This document shows positions 26,308-32,000 of a stretch of DNA of 32,000 nt, in pieces; the first letter of the stretch is position 1; each line of letters starts with the position of its first letter. Location: contig OY970322.1 in the NCBI GenBank assembly GCA_963716945.1, positions 570,001 to 602,000 of the forward strand, in the 5' to 3' direction. The DNA comes from Candidatus Saccharimonadota bacterium. GTDB lineage: Bacteria; Patescibacteriota; Saccharimonadia; Saccharimonadales; UBA4665. The position numbers and the translations under genes are program-made. The notes beneath the pieces are model-generated. The model was not told the DNA's origin, made no database searches, and saw only the letters and a list, made by a program, of their open reading frames with translations.

Positions 26308-26342
26308 CCCCTTAAGGACGGAACCTTAAGGGGGTCTTTTCG
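26308..26342. terminator. Rho-independent terminator after the NYN gene. It probably acts in both directions.
   Basis: CCCCTTAAGG (26308-26317) pairs with CCTTAAGGGG (26324-26333), giving a perfect 10-bp stem and a 6-nt loop. GTCTTTTCG follows on the + strand, and an A-run precedes the hairpin, which reads as a T-run on the - strand. Confidence 0.7.
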
Positions 26343-26460
26343 TGGTAATTACATCTCTAATTATACACATCACAAAGAAATAAGTCAATAGTTTTGTCAA
26401 GTTTAAGCATAAAAGATGTGAATGATCACAGATTCTTTGTAACTTCACTTTAGGCCTCAT
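26326..26460 (-). CDS. Candidate small ORF (44 aa, below the track cutoff). Hypothetical.
   Basis: My own translation gives MRPKVKLQRICDHSHLLCLNLTKLLTYFFVMCIIRDVITTKRPP. It is preceded by AAGAGGAGG, although the spacing to the ATG is short. Its stop sits inside the 26308-26333 hairpin. Coding status is unproven. Confidence 0.2.
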   Translation of the reverse strand: MRPKVKLQRICDHSHLLCLNLTKLLTYFFVMCIIRDVITTKRPP

Positions 26461-26502
26461 AGCCTCCTCTTAATAACTATTTAATAATCCCCCAAAGAGC
26501 CG

Positions 26503-26526
26503 TATCACAGGGGTTTGTGATATAAT
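26503..26526 (+). promoter_or_regulatory. Palindromic operator-like site overlapping an extended -10 element
   Basis: TATCACA-GGGGTT-TGTGATA (26503-26522) has 7-bp perfect arms. It is immediately fused to TGATATAAT, an extended -10 (TGn + TATAAT at 26521-26526). No good -35 element is present. Confidence 0.35.
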
Positions 26527-26555
26527 CGCTTTGTTCTAGTTTTGGCGGTTTTTTT

Positions 26556-26647
26556 ATTTACATTCGAAATGGGCAACCTATTTCGAACACAGTGAATGTA
26601 AATTTACTGCTGGAACTAGAACAACCTAGAAATGGGTTGTCCTTTTT
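26556..26647 (+). promoter_or_regulatory. Structured 5' leader: a long imperfect hairpin plus a terminator-like hairpin just before the RBS of the 26664 gene
   Basis: ATTTACATTC (26556-26565) pairs with GAATGTAAAT (26594-26603), with an inner GAAAT/ATTTC stem. ACAACC (26621-26626) pairs with GGTTGT (26635-26640) and is followed by CCTTTTT. The duplicated CAACCTA and GAAATGGG segments allow alternative pairing. Confidence 0.3.
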
Positions 26648-26663
26648 ATTTAAGGGAGGTTTT

Positions 26664-27098
26664 ATGAAGAAGGTCCTAATCCTAGCGGCAGTAATTATCA
26701 TCGGTTTGACAGGCGGAGTGATGGCTCTTACGTCTTCAAAGCCTAAACCAAAGGCTCAGAACCTCATTACTGTAAGCAAACCGATACAAGCTAAAGCGCC
26801 CGTCAGCCAACCTACGGTTACTGCTACGCCTGGCGCTCAAGTCGCTACCGCTTCTACTGCGCCCGATCCTGCTTGCCTTAGTCAAAAAGCTTCACAGTTA
26901 GTCTCTATCCAAACCCAAGAAACCCAAGTTCAGGCGCAAATAGACCAGATCACTGCAAGAATACGGGGCGAAATAGTCGGAGAAGCTGTAACACCGGCAG
27001 TTATGGCAATTGAAATCACAGATCAAACAGCTTCTCTTCAAAGCCAGTTAACCGCTCTAAAAGCTCAGTACGCTTCTGTTCAAGCAAAGGTTTGTTAG
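26664..27098 (+). CDS. Single-pass membrane/secreted protein with a Q-rich coiled coil. Hypothetical.
   Basis: The start is set at ATG 26664, with AAGGGAGG at 26652-26659. Features are MKKVLILAAVIIIGLTGGVMAL (signal/anchor), a P/T/A-rich linker, and Q-rich heptad-like segments (QTQETQVQAQIDQITARI, LQSQLTALKAQYASVQAK). Confidence 0.6.
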   Translation: MKKVLILAAVIIIGLTGGVMALTSSKPKPKAQNLITVSKPIQAKAPVSQPTVTATPGAQVATASTAPDPACLSQKASQLVSIQTQETQVQAQIDQITARIRGEIVGEAVTPAVMAIEITDQTASLQSQLTALKAQYASVQAKVC

Positions 27099-27439
27099 TG
27101 AAGATAAAAGTAGAAGAGGCGTTAGCCGTCATACTCCTTGTGCTCCTATGCTCCATAGGTTCTTACTATTTCGGCCATCACATAGGCTTCTCTACAGGCT
27201 ATACGACAGGTGAAGATAGAGGCTCTGCACTACAAGTAGCGCACGACAAACCTGTTCTTGCGTCAGCTTACAGCGCTAATACGAAGCTTACAGATCAATA
27301 TAACCAGCTATCGGATAACTACAATAACCTAAGAAACTCAGTTCTTAAATATATAAGCGTGGCTCAGTACCAGGCTAGTAGGCCAATTAGTTGTACCAGC
27401 AATACCTTACCCAATACGACTTTTACTAATTGTTTTTAA
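27092..27439 (+). CDS. Single-pass membrane protein with an N/Q-rich helical segment. Hypothetical.
   Basis: TTG 27092 or GTG 27098 start, overlapping the upstream stop (coupled). TM segment ALAVILLVLLCSIGSYYF, then TKLTDQYNQLSDNYNNLRNSVLKY, and a C-terminal Cys pair. Confidence 0.5.
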   Translation: MLVKIKVEEALAVILLVLLCSIGSYYFGHHIGFSTGYTTGEDRGSALQVAHDKPVLASAYSANTKLTDQYNQLSDNYNNLRNSVLKYISVAQYQASRPISCTSNTLPNTTFTNCF

Positions 27440-27525
27440 TTTCTTTAGGCTATAGTAGTTTCATGACTAAAACTAAATTTGATAAAGCTTTGGATAAGGT
27501 ATTCGGGCCTAAACGGAAGAAGTAG

Positions 27526-27831
27526 TTACTGTTTGTCTTTAATTTCTTGGAGAAGTTGTGTTTGCTTATTGGTTTGGTCTACTTGGCTCGACACGAAAGC
27601 AGCGAAAGCGATAATAACTCCAGCTAGGGTTATAAGAGCAATAATAAAACCTAATGTAGTTATTGCTTGAATTGTCGAGATTTGAGAATCCTGTCTTTCT
27701 ATTCTCTTTATGGCATCCTCTGCTTGGTTTTGAGTTTGTTTTATTTGAGTTGCAAGAGCAGATAGGACTTGTTGACTCTCAGAATCAATACTATTTTCAT
27801 CGGCTGCTTGAAATATGTTATCGTCACTCAT
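27526..27831 (-). CDS. Tail-region single-pass membrane protein with a Q-rich coiled coil. Hypothetical.
   Basis: 101 aa. It has an acidic N-terminus, QIKQTQNQAEDAIKRIERQDSQISTIQ, and the TM segment LGFIIALITLAGVIIAFAAFV. ATGA overlap with the upstream 27828-28238 gene. Confidence 0.55.
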   Translation of the reverse strand: MSDDNIFQAADENSIDSESQQVLSALATQIKQTQNQAEDAIKRIERQDSQISTIQAITTLGFIIALITLAGVIIAFAAFVSSQVDQTNKQTQLLQEIKDKQ

Positions 27832-28238
27832 ACTTTTCTAACTAAAAAATAAAACTTGTTATCATCCTGAAGACGCTTACCATTATCATAAAAACGCAGG
27901 TAGTAACGGCCAGGTTTTTTAAATTCAACTAGCATAAACCTCGCAGCAAAATCTGCATCTCCCTCAGTAAATTCACCTATAAGCTTAGAAGTCGCAAATA
28001 CGGTTTTGTCCGGAGCAATTATCCTAACTTCAGCTTGTGACTTGCCAGCAGTAACATTATTAATACTGCCCACCACAAAAAAAGACTGAAATGTACTTGT
28101 TTGATTTTCAAATATGCTAACAGCATTAAAGATGTCTATATACGACCATTTACCGGTTGCGGCATCACGAATGGCATTCTCGGTAGGTATCAGATATCTT
28201 ATGGTAGTTTGAGCGGACATAGGTACTTTATGAAACAC
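27828..28238 (-). CDS. Small soluble beta-rich protein. Hypothetical.
   Basis: 136-aa ORF (GTG 28238, or ATG 18 nt downstream). No TM segment and no motif I can name. Translationally coupled to 27526-27831. Confidence 0.55.
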   Translation of the reverse strand: MFHKVPMSAQTTIRYLIPTENAIRDAATGKWSYIDIFNAVSIFENQTSTFQSFFVVGSINNVTAGKSQAEVRIIAPDKTVFATSKLIGEFTEGDADFAARFMLVEFKKPGRYYLRFYDNGKRLQDDNKFYFLVRKV

Positions 28239-28317
28239 CTCTCTGGTTAGTGTATCAATTGTACCGATATTTTTCTAAAACTGCACGACTTATCCATTCA
28301 AATGGATAAGTTTAGGG

Positions 28318-28343
28318 CTACTTGTGCTTTGGGGGGAAGGGCC
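28318..28343. repeat. Right terminal inverted repeat
   Basis: CTACTTGTGCTTTGGGGGGAAGGGCC. It is the inverted match to 25714-25739. Confidence 0.85.
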
Positions 28344-28351
28344 GTAGCTCA
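28344..28351. repeat. Right copy of the 8-bp direct repeat GTAGCTCA (putative target-site duplication)
   Basis: Abuts the right TIR and is identical to 25706-25713. Confidence 0.75.
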
Positions 28352-28375
28352 TAAGGCTGCACTGGGCTTTATGTT

Positions 28376-29455
28376 TTAAAATTTCCGGGCGCCGCAAAAC
28401 CTGACCAGCTGGCGTAATTCTTGCTTGGCCCCCCGGTCAAGGTCCAGCCGGTCGATGTGCCGAAAGGCGGTTTGCTCCAGCTTCGAGACGTCCTGTTTGA
28501 GGCGGTCCTGTAGCCGGCCGCGGCGCATGGCTTGCTGGACGTAGCTTATATCATCGGCACCGGCAGCCGGGTTGCCGAAGACGGCCAAGAGCCGGCGCCG
28601 TTCGGCGGCACCGGCGGCTTGCCAGAGGTAGTAATAGAGCAGCGTCTTTTTGCCTTCGCGGATGTCCGAGCCGACCGGCTTGCCGATGTCTCCCGCCAAG
28701 CCCAAACTGCCGAGCTCATCATCCCTTATCTGGAAAAGCGTGCCGGCCGCCATACCGATGTCGTGCAGCCGCCGGCGCGTAGCCGCCGGTTGTCCGGCTA
28801 GGATGGCGCCGGCTTCCAGGGGCAGGGCTAGCGAATAAGTGGCCGTTTTGGCGCGCATGACGGCGTAAATGTCGCGCTTGGGCGGCGGCACCGGCAAGGA
28901 CCCCAAATAGATGTCTTGCATCTGGCCGGCACAGACGGTAGTCAGCTCGCGTATGAAGAGCCGGCTTAATTGCAGGCTGCCCGTGGTTTGGGATTTCGCC
29001 GACGCCAGCAGTTCGAACCCCAGAAACAGTACCATATCGCCGGCGCACAATGCCAGCCCTTCGCCGAGCCGCGCGGGGTCGGCCAGGCCCTGGCGGGCTG
29101 CCAGCTTGCCGTACTGGGCGTGGATCGAGGGCCGGCCGCGCCGGAGTTCGTCTTGGTCGATAATATCGTCATGGATTAATAGTCCGGCGTGGACCAGCTC
29201 GATGGCGGCCGCGGCATTGAGGACGGCCGGCGGCAGCTCCTGGCCCGGCTGGTTGCCGCTGCAGATCGTATAACTGTAGCAAATCAGGCTGCCGCGCAGC
29301 AGCTTGCCGGCAACGGCGAAATCCCGCAACCGGTCGATGAAGTCCGCGCTCCAGGCTAGGCCGCCGCCCGACAGCTTGCGGTGGCGGGCGATAAAAGCTT
29401 CCAGTTCGGCCAGCACCGCCGGCCGGTAAGCTGTGACAGGGTCGATATTTTTCAT
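28376..29455 (-). CDS. trans-Polyprenyl diphosphate synthase (FPP/GGPP-synthase family; chain length not determinable)
   Basis: First Asp-rich motif LLIHDDIIDQDELRRGRPS, then KTA.YS, and a second motif FQIRDDELGSLG...GKPVGSDIREGKKT. ATGA overlap with the upstream fusion gene. Confidence 0.88.
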   Translation of the reverse strand: MKNIDPVTAYRPAVLAELEAFIARHRKLSGGGLAWSADFIDRLRDFAVAGKLLRGSLICYSYTICSGNQPGQELPPAVLNAAAAIELVHAGLLIHDDIIDQDELRRGRPSIHAQYGKLAARQGLADPARLGEGLALCAGDMVLFLGFELLASAKSQTTGSLQLSRLFIRELTTVCAGQMQDIYLGSLPVPPPKRDIYAVMRAKTATYSLALPLEAGAILAGQPAATRRRLHDIGMAAGTLFQIRDDELGSLGLAGDIGKPVGSDIREGKKTLLYYYLWQAAGAAERRRLLAVFGNPAAGADDISYVQQAMRRGRLQDRLKQDVSKLEQTAFRHIDRLDLDRGAKQELRQLVRFCGARKF

Positions 29456-31434
29456 ACTTTGGCCGCCTTGCCGTGCCGGCCGTAGTGCTTGATGAAGCGG
29501 CTGGCTTGGGTCTGGGCTGCCAGGGTGTCGGCAACCGAGCTGTCGATTCTATCAAGCAAGCCCGTGATTGCGTTATTGGCTTTCAGCTCCGGCCAGCCCT
29601 GCAGTTTGTGCCGGCCAAGAGCGGTTTGCTGCCGGATCGTCCGGCAAATCCGCGGCAACGTAGAGTGCCAGAATTGCCGCTGCAGCTGCGGCAGCAGTTG
29701 GGGCCGGCTATAATTTCCGGGGCCGATGCCCGCGTCACCGAAGATAGCGGCTACCACATAAGTGAGGTGGCCGTTACGCAGGTCCTCTTGCCAGTCGTGG
29801 GCGTCATCATTGAGCTGCCTGGCTATTAAGTAATGGCTAAAAGCCTGCCGCACGCTGTCAAAAAGCGGTTCGTCGGGGCCGACTCCCCTGGCCCGCAGAA
29901 CGGCTAGCGGCGTCAGGCCGTGGCCTAGCGAACGTTCCGCCAGCTTGGACAGGTCGCCGTAATCCGGCAGGTCGTCAACCGCCAACTGCTGTCCGCGGAT
30001 AACGCAGCGGCAGTGTTTTAATTCCCAGGCGTTGGCACTGTCGATAGTGTCAAATGTCCGCCTTACCAGGTCTTGGAAGCCGCTGTCGGCCGGCAACGCG
30101 CCGCCGAACCCGGCAATCGAATAACGCAAGGCCAAGGTGGCTGCTGGCAATAAACCCGGCCGGCCTTCTTCGTCAAGGAAGTCGTCAAAAATCGTGTAGG
30201 CCGCCCAGCCGTAAAGGTTGGCTAAGCCGAGTTGACGCAACAGCGGCTGGCACGCCCGCCCTAAAGGTTTGGCCAGCGACTGGTTGAAGGCCTGCGGCAA
30301 GTCGACTATTTCGGCGCCTATGGGACTGCGGGCCAGCTTGTCAAGGAAACCGACTGTCACGGTTCGCAATTCCGGCTCCAGCCCGTTACAGGCCCGCCTG
30401 GCGGCCGCCAACACTTGCGGCCGGTTGCTGGTATAGCCCGGGCCGGCTTGCCGCTCGGGCCGGATCGGTTCCGTCCGCAAGGCCTGCTGGCGGTACAGCT
30501 CCAACGCCTCTATTGCCAGTGCTGTCGTCAAGCTCTCGCAGCCATTGTAGTAAGTTATGCCGTCGCGGGCCGGATCCAGGCAGAAAGCTTCGGCCGGCCA
30601 CGAGCCGTCGGCCGCTTGGGCGGCCAGCAAGCGTCCGGCCAGCGGGCCGGCATCCTTAGCGCCCAGCCGCAGCAAGGAAGTCGCCGACAAGGCGTTTTTA
30701 AGGGGCGTCAAGTTGTTATCCTGGTCACGTGTTTGCCGTATGGCTGACAGTAGCTTGCCAGCCAACGGCCCCTTATACGACCGGGAAAGGTAATAAAAAA
30801 GCGGATAAGCCGAGGCGTAATAAGGCGAGGCTAGCTGGCCCTGGCTTATGGCCTTTTCGATGAGGCCGGTAATGCTGTCCAGCGGCTGGCTGACAAGCAA
30901 TAAAAGGTAGCCGATATTGGCGTTAACCGCCAGGTCGACGTCCTGCCAGGCTGCCGCGCTGCCGGCCGTCAGCCAGGTTTTGTAAGGGCCGCCGACCCGC
31001 GTTTCAGCTGCCAGCAGCAATTTTACGAACGCCGCCAGGGCTTCGGCTCCTACCAGCCCTGGTTGGTAGAGCGTCAAGCCGATTAGGGCGCAGCTGGTAT
31101 CGTCCAGGTCGTCGGGATAAGGTTGTTCGGCGCGTTCGGCCGATGCCTTGCTCCAATAGTTAAACGACCAATGCGGGCCGGCCTGGGCTTTGACAAAAGC
31201 CGCCAGGCGCCGTTTCAGCCGCCGGACTGCCGGCGTATCCGAACCGGCCAGGCCCGCCAGTATAAGGCTGGGCACGAAAGTAGTCTGATAGGTGAAAACT
31301 TTTTCGAAGCGGCCGGCCGAGGGGCTGGAGAAGCTGTCGAAGCCGCCATCCGGGCGCTGGGCCGCCGCCAGGTAGGCCGCCGCCTTGTCGATGGCGATGG
31401 TCAAGTCCCCGTCGGAGCGTAGATTATTTGGCAT
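29452..31434 (-). CDS. Two-domain terpenoid enzyme candidate: N-terminal terpene-cyclase/prenyltransferase-type alpha/alpha barrel (aa ~1-320) fused to a class I isoprenoid synthase domain resembling squalene/phytoene synthases (aa ~345-660)
   Basis: N-terminal domain: QW-like repeats AQRPDGGF and AQAADGSW, and the DxDDT motif in YPDDLDDTSCAL (nt 31093-31113). C-terminal domain: YTIFDDFLDEE (DDxxD, nt 30172-30186) and ARQLNDDAHDWQEDLRNGHLTYV (nt 29782-29811), which resembles the second SQS/PSY motif QL.N..RD..ED...GR.YLP. Confidence 0.55.
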   Translation of the reverse strand: MPNNLRSDGDLTIAIDKAAAYLAAAQRPDGGFDSFSSPSAGRFEKVFTYQTTFVPSLILAGLAGSDTPAVRRLKRRLAAFVKAQAGPHWSFNYWSKASAERAEQPYPDDLDDTSCALIGLTLYQPGLVGAEALAAFVKLLLAAETRVGGPYKTWLTAGSAAAWQDVDLAVNANIGYLLLLVSQPLDSITGLIEKAISQGQLASPYYASAYPLFYYLSRSYKGPLAGKLLSAIRQTRDQDNNLTPLKNALSATSLLRLGAKDAGPLAGRLLAAQAADGSWPAEAFCLDPARDGITYYNGCESLTTALAIEALELYRQQALRTEPIRPERQAGPGYTSNRPQVLAAARRACNGLEPELRTVTVGFLDKLARSPIGAEIVDLPQAFNQSLAKPLGRACQPLLRQLGLANLYGWAAYTIFDDFLDEEGRPGLLPAATLALRYSIAGFGGALPADSGFQDLVRRTFDTIDSANAWELKHCRCVIRGQQLAVDDLPDYGDLSKLAERSLGHGLTPLAVLRARGVGPDEPLFDSVRQAFSHYLIARQLNDDAHDWQEDLRNGHLTYVVAAIFGDAGIGPGNYSRPQLLPQLQRQFWHSTLPRICRTIRQQTALGRHKLQGWPELKANNAITGLLDRIDSSVADTLAAQTQASRFIKHYGRHGKAAKV

Positions 31435-32000
31435 GGCGTTTGAAGGGCATGGTTATAACGAAGGTCGTGCCTGCCTTGGAGCTGTTTAGGTTGATAGTGC
31501 CGCCGAAGTCCTTTTCGGCTACTTGCTTGACGATAAACAGGCCGATACCCATGCCTTTATCCTTGGTGCTGTAAAAGGGTTCAAAAACCTTAGCCTGGTC
31601 GGCCCGGCGGATACCCTTGCCGCGGTCGCTGACCGTAATTCGCAAATCGCCCCCTGTCTTGTCAACCGCTACCGTCACTGCCGCCGGGCTTTCGGACGTC
31701 GGCCTAGCGCCCTGGTAGGACTCTATGGCATTGGACAGAAGGTTGATTATGATTTGCCGGAAGCGCGTCAAGTCGCCCCGGTACATAATCGGGCGCCGCG
31801 CCGGCGGGCTATCCAGACTGACGCCGACTTCTGCCCGGTTGCTCTGGTAGCTCAGGATCTTGATAATCTCGGCGATTTCTTCTCTGACGTTGAAGCGTTC
31901 GACCTCGCTTTGGCCTTGGATTTGCCGGCGCACGCGCCGCACGACTTCGTCAATGTAGCTGATATTGTCCTGAATCCGGGTGGCAATGTCGGAGTGGGGG
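31424..32000 (-). CDS. Sensor histidine kinase, C-terminal part (HATPase_c). The 5' part lies beyond the right edge.
   Basis: N-box NLLSNAIESY, G1 SDRGKGI and G2 GMGIGLF. The frame stays open to the window edge (my translation: PHSDIATRIQDNISYIDEVV...). The 31942 track start is an internal GTG. The stop overlaps the downstream fusion gene by 11 nt. Confidence 0.85.
   Translation of the reverse strand, partial: PHSDIATRIQDNISYIDEVVRRVRRQIQGQSEVERFNVREEIAEIIKILSYQSNRAEVGVSLDSPPARRPIMYRGDLTRFRQIIINLLSNAIESYQGARPTSESPAAVTVAVDKTGGDLRITVSDRGKGIRRADQAKVFEPFYSTKDKGMGIGLFIVKQVAEKDFGGTINLNSSKAGTTFVITMPFKRHAK

Larger units (their letters stand above)
25714..28343. mobile_element. Non-autonomous transposon-like cargo element (2630 bp): AT-rich, TIR-bounded, flanked by an 8-bp TSD, with no transposase or integrase ORF
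   Basis: Left end GGCATGTCCCCCCAAAGCACAAGTAG (25714-25739). The reverse complement of the right end (28318-28343) is GGCCCTTCCCCCCAAAGCACAAGTAG, a 23/26 match with the inner 20 perfect. GTAGCTCA occurs immediately outside both ends. In sampled 60-nt lines GC is about 37% inside versus more than 50% in the flanks. Confidence 0.8.

Noticed and set aside
28289-28310. Perfect 9-bp hairpin CTTATCCAT-TCAA-ATGGATAAG near the right end of the element, considered as a terminator
   Set aside because: No adjacent T-run of useful length is present on either strand. It lies upstream of, not downstream of, the nearest gene. It may be an operator or a transposase-binding subterminal site, but there is no support for this.
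1-32000. CRISPR arrays, rRNA and tRNA genes
   Set aside because: I saw no regularly spaced direct repeats and no rRNA-like or cloverleaf-capable segments in any intergenic region. Apart from the element, the intergenic regions are too short.

Overview
This window appears to come from a compact, GC-rich bacterial genome. Genes are tightly packed, many start and stop codons overlap, and several convergent gene pairs overlap at their 3' ends.

Positions 1-24.3 kb form a nucleotide-biosynthesis supercluster. It holds purA (partial), prs, an ArgG-like enzyme fused to a CarB-type MGS-like allosteric domain, a cytosine-deaminase-family amidohydrolase, a LOG/TIGR00725-like protein, a pyrD-like gene, pyrF and pyrE. 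It also holds every step of IMP synthesis: purF, purD, purN, single-chain purL, purM, purK, purE, purC, purB and purH. Two things interrupt the cluster: a DUF4430/polytopic-membrane gene pair, and two tandem paralogous genes of unknown function that have their own near-consensus promoter.

The last 8 kb are accessory:
- an HdeD/DUF308-like membrane protein and a GNAT-like protein;
- a 2.63-kb AT-rich insertion (25714-28343) bounded by 26-bp imperfect terminal inverted repeats and an 8-bp direct duplication (GTAGCTCA). It carries no transposase. Its cargo is an NYN-domain nuclease-like gene, three single-pass Q/N-rich coiled-coil membrane proteins and a small beta-rich protein;
- a minus-strand operon of a histidine kinase (partial), a 660-aa fusion of a terpene-cyclase-like barrel (QW repeats, DxDDT motif) to a squalene/phytoene-synthase-like class I domain, and a polyprenyl diphosphate synthase.

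I found no rRNA, tRNA or CRISPR array. All functional calls rest on motif recognition by eye in the supplied translations. No database search was run.
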